Source of the DNA: an uncultured Erysipelotrichaceae bacterium
GTDB taxonomy: Bacteria; Bacillota_I; Bacilli_A; RFN20; CAG-826
Reading direction: 5' to 3'
Length of the DNA stretch: 64,000 bases
NCBI GenBank assembly: GCA_902797855.1
Contig: CADBUI010000010.1
Location: 39,370 to 103,369, forward strand
Shown: positions 26,259 to 35,378 of the stretch, piece by piece
Layout of the letters: every line of letters begins with the position of its first letter
Position numbering within the stretch: position 1 is the first letter of the stretch
Made by a program: the position numbers and the translations under genes
The notes under the pieces: generated by a model
Told to the model about the DNA's origin: nothing
Database searches by the model: none
Seen by the model: only the letters and a program-made list of their open reading frames with translations

Positions 26259-27140
26259 ATGGAAAATAAAGGTGATTACGAGATTTTACGATATAATCGT
26301 AATAACTTTAGTTTAGACGTTAGAGTATCTCCAAAAGACGAAACAATTTGGCTTTCTTTAAATCAAATTGCTTCATTATTTGAAAGGGATAAATCTGTCA
26401 TCTCGCGTCATATTAAAAACATTCTTTCTGACAAGGAAGTCGATGAAAAACAAGTTGTTGCAAAAAATGCAACTACTGGTTGTGACAATAAAGAATATGA
26501 TGTTACTTATTATAATCTCGACATGATATTAGCAGTCGGTTATAGAGTGAATTCATCAAAAGGTATTGAATTTAGAAAATGGGCAAACCAAGTCTTAAAA
26601 GAATATTTATTGAAAGGATATGTTCTTGACAATAATAGAGCTATTATCACACATGAGAATTATTCTAATTTAGTGCAAAGGGTCATTAATCTCGAAAACA
26701 AACTTGAAAAGTACGAAAAAGAATTCGACTACACAAAAGAGAGATTCTTTAAAAAGAAAGAACAATTTGATGCATACGTTTATATTCAAGAATTAATGAA
26801 AAGCGCCACAAAAGAACTAGACATAATTGATCCTTATTTTGATTTAGAATCACTTGGTTCATTAACAAATATTCCTTCTAATATCACTATCAATGTGTAT
26901 TTATCTTCTAATCCAGTCGTAAGGATGAGTGAAATACGTCGTTTTGTTGAACAATATCATAATATTAATGTTCACAAAACCAACAAATTCCATGATAGAT
27001 TTATCATTATTGATAAATTAGTCGCATATCATTTAGGAACTTCACTTAATCATCCAGGAAAAAGATCATTCATGATTAGTAAAATTGAAACCGAAGAAAT
27101 AACTTCACAAATACTAAAATTAATAGAAATAGATGAATAA
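26259..27140 (+). CDS. RhuM-like N-terminal domain fused to a PLD-like (HDR motif) C-terminal domain
   Basis: N-terminus WLSLNQIASLF...YYNLDMILAVGYRVNS..G.EFRKWANQVLKEYLLKGY is RhuM-family-like. The C-terminus has DIIDPYF...FHDRFIIID...HLGTSLNHPGKR. Alternative TTG start at 26175. Confidence 0.7.
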   Translation: MENKGDYEILRYNRNNFSLDVRVSPKDETIWLSLNQIASLFERDKSVISRHIKNILSDKEVDEKQVVAKNATTGCDNKEYDVTYYNLDMILAVGYRVNSSKGIEFRKWANQVLKEYLLKGYVLDNNRAIITHENYSNLVQRVINLENKLEKYEKEFDYTKERFFKKKEQFDAYVYIQELMKSATKELDIIDPYFDLESLGSLTNIPSNITINVYLSSNPVVRMSEIRRFVEQYHNINVHKTNKFHDRFIIIDKLVAYHLGTSLNHPGKRSFMISKIETEEITSQILKLIEIDE

Positions 27141-27152
27141 TGAAAACAAAAA

Positions 27153-27181
27153 AAGGAGCCATCAGTAGTTGAAGGCTCCTT
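27153..27181. terminator. bidirectional terminator between convergent genes
   Basis: AAGGAGCC-N13-GGCTCCTT with T-runs on both strands. Confidence 0.75.
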
Positions 27182-27196
27182 TTGTGAATTTACCAA

Positions 27197-28423
27197 TTAA
27201 ACCGCTAAATTAACAGTGATTGTTTTGATATATTGTGCTCTTGAATAGCTATTGGCTAATTTGAAGTAATTAAGTTCGGTAGATGTAGGTGTAACTGTAT
27301 ACTTGGTTGTACCTTTTACAGTTGTAATTGTGTGTGATTCTTCTGCTGTAGTAGAAGCAAGTGAACCATCAGCCAACTCAACTTGAAGTGTGTTACCATC
27401 ATAAGCCATTGTTCTAAATTCAATAACAATACTAGAAATTGCATTTGGGAATGCATCACTATTTAATAAAGTACCCTCACTATTAGCTTTGAATTGTATT
27501 AATTCAAGGTTTGGATCTTTATTGGCTTGCATGACATTAGAAGTCACAAATGTAATTCCTTCAACTTCATGTTCGCCATCATTATCGGCATAACTCTTCT
27601 TGCTTAATCCAAGTGAAGTGAATGTTAATTCAACATTTGGAAGGCTATCAGTTACTCTAACATTAACTGTAGATGTAATAGATGGGTTTGTTGTAGATGT
27701 AGCAGTAACAGTAGTGGTTCCTGCGTGAGCGCCGTGGAGGACGCCTGTGCTTGAAACTGTCGCAACAGCTGGATCTCCAGTTGTATATGAAACAGTTGGC
27801 ATCTTAGCATCACTTGGTGTTAAAGATAAAGTTAATTGTTTATCTTTTCCGGTCTGCATAACGATATCATCACCAAGATCAATAGCAGTGGCTTCAGGTT
27901 GGACATATTCATGTCCGCCTTCAACACTTAAGATTGTTGGTGAAACAGCTTCACCTGTTGGAGATTTTGTCTTAGTGAGATAACCAATTTCATAAATAAT
28001 TGGTTTTCCTTCTGATTCACGATAGAGTTGTGGATAACCACAAACAACAACTGTTGCTCCGTCAAGACATCCGTCTCCGCGATAGTTTTTGATAACAGAT
28101 GAATCCATTTGAGCGGAATAAATTTGAACAGGTTTTTCAGCTGAAATATCGTGTCCATTAGCATAACCGGACCATGACGTATGAGCGGTATCATAAGTGG
28201 TGCCTGTGCCGAAGGTGAGCTTGACATAATACTCTTCAGAGTCAACATCACCAACATCGAAGGCTGCCATGTGTGCAATTAATTCATCAGCGGAAAATGC
28301 GGTTTCGATACTCTTACCATCATTTCCAGTTGGACCTGGAGCAGGTTCTGGTGTAGGTTCATTACCGGGACAACCAGCTAATAAAAACATTGCAATAGGT
28401 AATAAATAAAATGTTTTCTTCAT
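27197..28423 (-). CDS. lipoprotein with OB-fold-like N-terminal region, Big_2 Ig-like domain and uncharacterised C-terminal domain
   Basis: Lipobox LAG|C plus an EPTPEPAPGP linker. Big_2-like segment QLTLSLTPSDA...VSYTTGDPAVATVSSTGVLHGAHAGTTTVTAT. Confidence 0.8.
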   Translation of the reverse strand: MKKTFYLLPIAMFLLAGCPGNEPTPEPAPGPTGNDGKSIETAFSADELIAHMAAFDVGDVDSEEYYVKLTFGTGTTYDTAHTSWSGYANGHDISAEKPVQIYSAQMDSSVIKNYRGDGCLDGATVVVCGYPQLYRESEGKPIIYEIGYLTKTKSPTGEAVSPTILSVEGGHEYVQPEATAIDLGDDIVMQTGKDKQLTLSLTPSDAKMPTVSYTTGDPAVATVSSTGVLHGAHAGTTTVTATSTTNPSITSTVNVRVTDSLPNVELTFTSLGLSKKSYADNDGEHEVEGITFVTSNVMQANKDPNLELIQFKANSEGTLLNSDAFPNAISSIVIEFRTMAYDGNTLQVELADGSLASTTAEESHTITTVKGTTKYTVTPTSTELNYFKLANSYSRAQYIKTITVNLAV

Positions 28424-28472
28424 AATTACTCTCCTTACTATTTATTATAAATAGATAGCAAAGATAAATAAA

Positions 28473-28504
28473 CAATAAAAAAGAGCATTCCCTAAGAAAT
28501 GCTC
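28473..28504 (-). terminator. terminator of the upstream (minus-strand) lipoprotein gene
   Basis: Minus strand GAGCATT-N8-AATGCTC followed by TTTTTTATT. Confidence 0.7.
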
Positions 28505-28525
28505 AATTTATTAATTTTTTTATAA

Positions 28526-29311
28526 TTAGCCTTGAACAGCAGTGATTGTTTCACCAGCCATTAATTGGTTAGAGACTGGGGAACCGGAAGTTTTATCATA
28601 AGCGGTTGTAACTAAACCACTAATTGTAACAACATCACCTTCGGTAAGAGCGTTAATTAATGTCTTAGTACCTTCATCACAAGCAGCAAAGCCCCACTTA
28701 TCAAGTTTGATTTTAACATCTTCAACTTCGTTGCCGTTATTTAAAGCTTTGCCATCTAAGAATGGTGAATTACTGGCAGACCATTCACCTGATAAGCTTG
28801 TAACTTTTAAGGTTACTGAGACTCTGATGTTTTGTCTTAATTGTGCTAATTGACCAGCGCCACAAACCTTAATTGAAGCTTCTGGAGTTGCTTCACCTGT
28901 AATGCTGGCTGCACTAATAGTTTTGGTTTCAAGACATCCGCTATAGTTTTGAAGAGTTGATGTAACTGAAACAGTTTTTCCGACAGCTAATCCATCAAGT
29001 GCCTTGTTATAAACATACATTCCAGAATATCCGTTTTGAACAAACCAGCTATTGCCTGATTTAGCAACAACAGTACCACTGAAAGTATATGCATCAGTTG
29101 TAACACCACCTTTAGCTAAAGCTGCCGCTGCATCATAAGCAGTTTTCAAATCACAATCTGTGACAGTTGGAATAACAACTGCTTCTGGTTCTGATGGTGT
29201 AGGAGTTGGTGTTGGACCTGGTGTAGGTTCTGGATTAGTTCCGCCGCCATTTCCGTTACAACCTGCTAAAGCAAGGATTGCAATTGGTAATAGAAATAAT
29301 GTTTTTTTCAT
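28526..29311 (-). CDS. lipoprotein with OB-fold-like repeats
   Basis: Lipobox LAG|C plus the linker NPEPTPGPTPTPTPSEPE. The pattern FSGTVVAK..NSWFVQNGYSGMYVYN....GKTVSVTSTLQNYSG resembles OB-fold modules of extracellular nucleases. Confidence 0.75.
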   Translation of the reverse strand: MKKTLFLLPIAILALAGCNGNGGGTNPEPTPGPTPTPTPSEPEAVVIPTVTDCDLKTAYDAAAALAKGGVTTDAYTFSGTVVAKSGNSWFVQNGYSGMYVYNKALDGLAVGKTVSVTSTLQNYSGCLETKTISAASITGEATPEASIKVCGAGQLAQLRQNIRVSVTLKVTSLSGEWSASNSPFLDGKALNNGNEVEDVKIKLDKWGFAACDEGTKTLINALTEGDVVTISGLVTTAYDKTSGSPVSNQLMAGETITAVQG

Positions 29312-29369
29312 TTGTAATAAATTTCCTCCTTTTCTAATACCTAATTTATATTAATCAGGTTTAATGAGA

Positions 29370-29381
29370 TCGTACGTTTCT
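29370..29381 (+). repeat. 12-nt direct repeat TCGTACGTTTCT, copy 1
   Basis: Exact repeat of 29490-29501, 120 bp away, in a divergent intergenic region. Confidence 0.6.
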
Positions 29382-29489
29382 CACTAATCTGTTAATATCA
29401 AAAAAAATAAAAAGATTGCACTAACGCAACCAAGCGAAAAGAAGAGATCTAATAACTGTAGTTTCTAAATTAGTAGTAAACATAACAAG

Positions 29490-29501
29490 TCGTACGTTTC
29501 T
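29490..29501 (+). repeat. 12-nt direct repeat TCGTACGTTTCT, copy 2
   Basis: Exact repeat of 29370-29381. Confidence 0.6.
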
Positions 29502-29617
29502 TTCCACGATTTATATAATAAATTAGTGTGTAAGCGTTTTCAAGTAATAAACTTTGAAAAGTTATTATTTCTTTAATTGAAATTGTTAATTAAATTCATT
29601 TTTTATACAATATTGCC

Positions 29618-30463
29618 ATGTATATTTCTTTAACATTATTAATCTTATCTATCATCGGTAGTGGACTAACATATTATTTCACGGGTCTATATGAGAAATT
29701 AATCTATATTGTTTGGTTTCCTCTACTTTTAGTAGTGGCCTACTATATTATCCTACTTGCTTTATGGCTAATAGGACTAATTATCATCTCTAGATTTTAT
29801 TCAAAGAAGGCTCCTCAAAAAAAGATTAGAGGCGCAGTGCTTTGGCCAATAAAAGAAGCTGCCTGGATTATTAAAACTTTCTTCTTAGTAAGAGTAAAAG
29901 TTTCTAATAAGAAAGAAATTAATAAATTAAGAAATAAAAACTGTTTTATTGTTTGTAATCACACCTCTAATTTTGATCAAATAATCGTTTGGTCAACTTT
30001 TAAACATTTTAAAATGACAACATTATCTAAACCTGAACTAGAGAATATGCCTGTAATAGGTAGATTTATGCATAGGTCAGGGATAGTAACAATAGATAGA
30101 GATTCTCCAATGAAAGCTATTAGAGCAATTTCTACATCTATTTCTTTATTAAAGAAAGATAAGCACGCCTGTATGTGTGTGTATCCAGAAGGCACTAGAC
30201 ATAAAGATGGAATCCCACAAGAATTTCATAGCACTCCATTTTTAATTCCATCTAAACTTGAATGTCCGTTAGTGATCATCTCTATGCAAAACGCAAATAA
30301 GATAAAAGAAAGAAGATTTAAAAAGATTACTAGAGTATATTTAGATGTCATTAAAATCTACACAAGTGAAGAAGTTAAAAAGATGACTCCAGAAGATATG
30401 GCAAATATCTCCTTTAAGCTAATAAACGATAATCTTAACGCCCACAAAGATAGAAATTATTAA
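29618..30463 (+). CDS. plsC: 1-acyl-sn-glycerol-3-phosphate acyltransferase family protein
   Basis: 281 aa with two N-terminal TM helices, the HX4D motif NHTSNFD and YPEGTR. Confidence 0.8.
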   Translation: MYISLTLLILSIIGSGLTYYFTGLYEKLIYIVWFPLLLVVAYYIILLALWLIGLIIISRFYSKKAPQKKIRGAVLWPIKEAAWIIKTFFLVRVKVSNKKEINKLRNKNCFIVCNHTSNFDQIIVWSTFKHFKMTTLSKPELENMPVIGRFMHRSGIVTIDRDSPMKAIRAISTSISLLKKDKHACMCVYPEGTRHKDGIPQEFHSTPFLIPSKLECPLVIISMQNANKIKERRFKKITRVYLDVIKIYTSEEVKKMTPEDMANISFKLINDNLNAHKDRNY

Positions 30464-30523
30464 TCTTACTAACTCTAATTATTTATAAAATAAAAAGAGG
30501 ATGTGGTACACTTATAGATAATT

Positions 30524-32719
30524 ATGGTGAACACAGGCGATTATTCTAACTCCAATAAACTCCACACTTTTGAAGAAGTTCAAGAGAAATATTTTGTTTA
30601 TATCACAAATAAAGAATCACGTGAAAAAATTTTAAAAGCTTATGAATTCGCCAAAGAGAAACACAAGAATCAATATCGTAAAAGTGGTGAACCTTATATT
30701 CATCATTTAATTGAAGTTGCCTATATTCTTTCTGAACTACAATGTGGACCATCTACCTTAGTAGCGGGTCTACTTCATGATGTCGTAGAAGACACGAATA
30801 CATCTTTAGATGATATAAGAGAAATGTTTGGTGAAGACGTCACCATGATTGTTGATAGTTTAACCAAAATTCAAAGAATGAAACTTTCCCATAGAAAAGA
30901 GGAAGATTTCGTCGCTGAAGATCATCGTAAGATATTCCTTGGAATGGCGAAAGATGTCCGCGTTATTTTAATTAAACTTGCGGATAGACTTCACAACATG
31001 AGAACTCTTGATTCTCTTTCTAAAGAAAGACAACACGCTTTAGCGAAAGAAACTCTCGAAGTATTCGTACCGATCGCTCATAGACTTGGTATTAATACTA
31101 TCAAAAGTGAACTAGAAGACCTATCACTAAAATATCTAGAACCAGAAAAATATAACGAAATAACTCGTCTACTTGATGAAAGAACAAAAAATAGAGCGAA
31201 ATCCCTTGAATCACTTCAAAAAAGAATCGCTGATATTTTGTTTGAACATAAAATACCTTTCACCATCTCTAGTAGAGTTAAATCAATATATTCTATTTAT
31301 AGAAAAATGTACCAAAAGAATCATAAATTCGATGAGATTTATGATGTTTTAGCTCTTAGAATTATCACTGATAGTGAACTTCGCTGCTATGAAATACTTG
31401 GTATTATTCACGCGACATATTCTCCAATTCCAGGAAGATTTAAAGACTATATCGCAATGCCAAAACCAAATATGTATCAATCTCTTCACACTTCAATTAT
31501 TTCCGGTGACGGAAATGTCTTTGAAGTTCAAATAAGGACTAAAGAGATGGATGAAGTCGCTGAAGGTGGTGTCGCTGCCCACTGGAGATATAAAGAAGGC
31601 AGTAACTATAATCCAAAAGCCGAACAAAAAGAAATTGAATCTAAACTTCATTGGCTAAGAGACTTAGTGACTCTTTCAGAAGAAGATTATGATGCCAAAG
31701 AATACATGAGTTCATTATCTCATGATATTTTTGAGGCAAATGTCTATGTATTTACCCCAATGGGTAAAGTAGTGGATCTCCCAGCAGGAGCAACACCTCT
31801 AGATTTTGCCTATAAAATTCACACTCGCGTTGGAGATCAAGCTGTCGGAGCAATTGTAAATGGCACAATGGTGTCTCTTAACACCGTTTTAAAAACAGGG
31901 GATGTCGTAGAAATCAAAACTCAAAAAGATAGTGAACCTAACGAAGGTTGGTTAAAGATTGCGACAACTAACTTTGCGCTTGCTCATATCCGAAAAGCTC
32001 TCGCGAAAAAGAACGCTGACTTTGTCAAGGATCAAAAAATCGCTAAAGGTAAACAAGCTTGCGAAGAAGGTTTTAAAGCCTACAATATCGGTCCAGGAGA
32101 GATGGAAAAATATATTAATGACGAGAAAGTATTCTCTCATTTTGGAGTTGAAAATTTAGATCAACTCTACATCATGATTTCTAATAAAAACCCTACTCCA
32201 GGAGCAATTATCGAATTCTTAAATATCAAGCCAAAAAAAGAATTTGTTCTTCAAAAAGTTCGCAAAGATGATTCTAAATCACCAGTCTATGTTGAAGGAG
32301 CAGGGAAGATTGCAATTACTTTAGGTAGTTGCTGCACTCCTATCCCTGGAGACGAAATAGTTGGCTATATTACCAAAGGTAAAGGTGTCACTGTTCACAG
32401 AAAAGATTGTCCAAATGTCGCTAATTTAAAGACTAGACTTATCCCAGTTCATTGGAAAGATAATTTAGCGGAATCCACCTATCCAGTTGATTTAAAAATA
32501 GATGCAAGTGACCGTAATAATTTACTCGCAGATATAATTTCAGTCTTCAATCAAAAGAAGGCTCCATTAACGGCGATTAACGCTCACTATCATTCATCAA
32601 CACTAACCACAACTGTCACAGCGACAATATATGTTAAGAATGCTGATAATCTTAGAGATATCATAGATTCAGTGAAGAATGTTAACTCTGTTCTTTCTAT
32701 TGAAAGAGTCACTCACTAA
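30524..32719 (+). CDS. relA: bifunctional (p)ppGpp synthetase/hydrolase RelA/SpoT homolog
   Basis: 731 aa with an HD domain (HDVVEDT), synthetase domain and TGS and ACT regions. Confidence 0.95.
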   Translation: MVNTGDYSNSNKLHTFEEVQEKYFVYITNKESREKILKAYEFAKEKHKNQYRKSGEPYIHHLIEVAYILSELQCGPSTLVAGLLHDVVEDTNTSLDDIREMFGEDVTMIVDSLTKIQRMKLSHRKEEDFVAEDHRKIFLGMAKDVRVILIKLADRLHNMRTLDSLSKERQHALAKETLEVFVPIAHRLGINTIKSELEDLSLKYLEPEKYNEITRLLDERTKNRAKSLESLQKRIADILFEHKIPFTISSRVKSIYSIYRKMYQKNHKFDEIYDVLALRIITDSELRCYEILGIIHATYSPIPGRFKDYIAMPKPNMYQSLHTSIISGDGNVFEVQIRTKEMDEVAEGGVAAHWRYKEGSNYNPKAEQKEIESKLHWLRDLVTLSEEDYDAKEYMSSLSHDIFEANVYVFTPMGKVVDLPAGATPLDFAYKIHTRVGDQAVGAIVNGTMVSLNTVLKTGDVVEIKTQKDSEPNEGWLKIATTNFALAHIRKALAKKNADFVKDQKIAKGKQACEEGFKAYNIGPGEMEKYINDEKVFSHFGVENLDQLYIMISNKNPTPGAIIEFLNIKPKKEFVLQKVRKDDSKSPVYVEGAGKIAITLGSCCTPIPGDEIVGYITKGKGVTVHRKDCPNVANLKTRLIPVHWKDNLAESTYPVDLKIDASDRNNLLADIISVFNQKKAPLTAINAHYHSSTLTTTVTATIYVKNADNLRDIIDSVKNVNSVLSIERVTH

Positions 32720-33153
32720 TGAAAACAATTATTTTTGTATGCCATGGAAATATATGTCGTTCTCCATGCGCAGAAGTAATCGCTAATACACTTATAAAGA
32801 AAAATAACTTAGAAGGTAAATATCGCGTATTTTCACGCGCACTTTCCTACGAAGAAATTGGTAACGATATCTATCCTCCAATGAAAAGAGTGTTAAGCGC
32901 TCATAATCATGTTTATAGTACACATCACGCAGATATATTAAAAGAAGACGAAGTCGTTAATGCTGATATTATCTATTACATGGATAGATCAAATTATTCA
33001 CTAATTAAATGGAAATTTGAAAAATATTTATCTAAGTTTCATCTATTAACTGAAAAAACCACAAATAAAGACATCGAAGATCCTTGGTACACTGATAGAT
33101 TTGAATTAGTGTATTGTGAGATAGAAGAAGCGGTAAACTCGATTATATACTAA
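32719..33153 (+). CDS. low-molecular-weight protein-tyrosine phosphatase
   Basis: P-loop CHGNICRS near the N-terminus and a DPW(Y) loop. TAATG overlap with relA. Confidence 0.88.
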   Translation: MKTIIFVCHGNICRSPCAEVIANTLIKKNNLEGKYRVFSRALSYEEIGNDIYPPMKRVLSAHNHVYSTHHADILKEDEVVNADIIYYMDRSNYSLIKWKFEKYLSKFHLLTEKTTNKDIEDPWYTDRFELVYCEIEEAVNSIIY

Positions 33154-33168
33154 TAAATCTTATTATTG

Positions 33169-33189
33169 GGACACATAGTGTCCTTTTTT
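33169..33189 (+). terminator. terminator after the phosphatase gene
   Basis: GGACAC-ATA-GTGTCC followed by TTTTTT. Confidence 0.7.
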
Positions 33190-33195
33190 ATTTCT

Positions 33196-33224
33196 TTGCA
33201 AGAAGCAAGTGATATTTATACAAT
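33196..33224 (+). promoter_or_regulatory. candidate promoter of lipoprotein module 1
   Basis: TTGCAA (33196-33201), 17-nt spacer, TACAAT (33219-33224). Confidence 0.55.
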
Positions 33225-33273
33225 AAAATTACCAAAGCAATTAAAGTTGCATAAATTTCATGGAGGTATATTA

Positions 33274-34239
33274 ATGAAATTAAAAAGACTTTTACCACTT
33301 GTTTTAATTGCTCCACTTTTAGTTAGTTGTAGTGGAGAAAAAGTTAACGAACCAAAGTTCGAAAGCTATTCAAACAAAGTGGAATACGCCTCTTATAAAG
33401 AAGCGTTAACTAACGCTATTAGTAGCGTCAATGTATTAAAGGTAGATGCCAGTCTTAACTCTTCAGAAGTAAGCATGCGAAACACCTATGAACACAGCGC
33501 AAAAGCAAATTTCCAATGTAATGTCGATATTTATGAATTCGGAAAAGAAGAGGAAAAATATGAATATGATGCAAATAATCATCTTGCCAAAGAACTTACT
33601 ATATTCGAAGAAGAAGCTTCAGTTAAACTAGGTGATGATTATGATTCATATAAACACACATATACTGAATTTGAATCTCATTATCAAAATGAGACTGTTG
33701 AAGAAGTAAACTCAATCGCTAGACTAGACGCCAAGAGTCAAACATATGATGTTATTAGCCCAGTCACCGCTGATTACGCGAAAGAATTTGGAGCTCTCGC
33801 ACTTTTAGCTGTAAGAGGAATGCTCAATTTTGAAGACATAATGCGTTCTGATTACGAAACTCTTCCAGATGAAGAAAAAGCTAGATTTAGCTTTTATCAA
33901 GATGACAAAGTGTTCACAGTCATTTATGAGAATAAGACGGAAGAAAAGATGTTTGATACAAGCGATCCAACCAAGGAAATCGGTGTTCAAAAAAACGATG
34001 CAATCATAAAAATTCAAGGACGTTTAGAAGAATCTAAAGTCGAACTTAGATATTATTCAGACGCCACACATATAAGAGAATATTCCGCTAGTGGATCAGT
34101 TAACATCATGGGTGATGATATCGCTTATAAAGCTGGAGAAACTTATGAAATTCGCCAAAAAGTCGCTAGCGAAGTTAAATTCGAAGAAAAAGATGTTTCT
34201 CTTTCTGAAGAAGACATCTCAAAATATGTTTTAGCCTAA
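33274..34239 (+). CDS. paralogous lipoprotein A (module 1, gene 1)
   Basis: GGAGG RBS and MKLKRLLPLVLIAPLLVS|C lipobox. The family motifs PKFESYSNKVEY and FSFYQDDKVFTVIY are shared with the three neighbours. The track start at 33166 is rejected. Confidence 0.85.
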   Translation: MKLKRLLPLVLIAPLLVSCSGEKVNEPKFESYSNKVEYASYKEALTNAISSVNVLKVDASLNSSEVSMRNTYEHSAKANFQCNVDIYEFGKEEEKYEYDANNHLAKELTIFEEEASVKLGDDYDSYKHTYTEFESHYQNETVEEVNSIARLDAKSQTYDVISPVTADYAKEFGALALLAVRGMLNFEDIMRSDYETLPDEEKARFSFYQDDKVFTVIYENKTEEKMFDTSDPTKEIGVQKNDAIIKIQGRLEESKVELRYYSDATHIREYSASGSVNIMGDDIAYKAGETYEIRQKVASEVKFEEKDVSLSEEDISKYVLA

Positions 34240-34256
34240 TATAGGAGAACTTAGTT

Positions 34257-35213
34257 ATGAAAATTAAAAGATTATTACCACTTGTTCTAATTGCTCCACT
34301 TTTAGCTAGTTGTGGTGGAAATTCAATCAATTATCCAAAACTCGAATCATATTCAAATAAGGTCGAATTTAGTGCCTTCAAAGAAGAAATGGATAAACAA
34401 AACGCAGTAGAAACTGGAAAATGTCCTTTCTATAATGGTGGAGAATTACCAACATTTGAAGGTGAACTTAAAGGCGAATCTGAAGAAATTAAATCTATAG
34501 AAAGAAGCGGAAAGAAAATTTACGAATCAAATAGTTTTTCTCGCCATAATGCCGCGCTTAAATATGACGCTACAAAATCCATTATCATTCAAGAGGACAA
34601 ACAAGAGTCGTCTTTAACTACAAAAAGCGATAATGGCGAAGAAACTAATGAACAAAAATATAACACTAAGATTCAATCTCAAGAAGCAGAAATCGAATCC
34701 GAAAAACACATTGTTGAAATTAACACTTCCCATGGTACTTATAATGTGGGTGATCTAATTGCAGATACTACCATTGCTGCACAGGCAGCCTATTGCATAT
34801 TACTCATGACTCCAAACTCAGTTGTTCCATGGTATTATTACGAAGATTTCTCTGACGAAGAAAAAGCAAATTCTTCCTTCTATATTGATGGGGATATATT
34901 AACCTTCACCTTTATAGAAGAAAGCGACATACCAGACTATCAAACTGATGCCGAAGATAAAGTACTTGCCTCAGCGCATATTAAAACCGAAAACAAGTAT
35001 CAATTAACCTTTAAAGAAGACTCACTTAAAGTCGCACTCATCTATAATAACGATTTAAAAGTTAACGCAATTGAAAAATGTAAAGTTTCTGGTAAGTCAC
35101 TTGTAAAAGGCGATATCTATCAAGAAAATAGACATCAAGGAAGAGAATTTGAAATCAAGACAAGTCAAATCTCATTAGAAGCACTTGATTTATCAACTCT
35201 TGTTAAGGCTTAA
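34257..35213 (+). CDS. paralogous lipoprotein B (module 1, gene 2)
   Basis: MKIKRLLPLVLIAPLLAS|C, PKLESYSNKVEF, AHIKTENKYQ. Confidence 0.85.
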   Translation: MKIKRLLPLVLIAPLLASCGGNSINYPKLESYSNKVEFSAFKEEMDKQNAVETGKCPFYNGGELPTFEGELKGESEEIKSIERSGKKIYESNSFSRHNAALKYDATKSIIIQEDKQESSLTTKSDNGEETNEQKYNTKIQSQEAEIESEKHIVEINTSHGTYNVGDLIADTTIAAQAAYCILLMTPNSVVPWYYYEDFSDEEKANSSFYIDGDILTFTFIEESDIPDYQTDAEDKVLASAHIKTENKYQLTFKEDSLKVALIYNNDLKVNAIEKCKVSGKSLVKGDIYQENRHQGREFEIKTSQISLEALDLSTLVKA

Positions 35214-35233
35214 TAAGTAGTTAGTTTAATAAA

Positions 35234-35262
35234 GGATGTAGCACTAGCTATGTCCTTTTTTT
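35234..35262 (+). terminator. terminator after module 1
   Basis: GGATGTAGC-ACTA-GCTATGTCC (two G-U pairs) followed by TTTTTTT. Confidence 0.65.
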
Positions 35263-35378
35263 CATATAAAGACACACATAGTGTGTCAGCAAATTCTTTT
35301 TGTATGTATTATCTATAATTGGTAAAATTAAGTTATCAAGGCAACAAATGTTGCAAAAAATTTCATGGGGGTAAAATA

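Noticed and set aside
33166-33273. N-terminal extensions given by the ORF track for lipoproteins A (33166) and C (35319), rsfS (53768), yqeG (56577), xerD (48478) and the DUF1292 gene (11518).
   Set aside because: The extensions start at non-ATG or unsupported codons, lack an SD and overlap upstream genes or terminators. Internal ATGs with an SD give N-termini that match the signal peptides or the family consensus.
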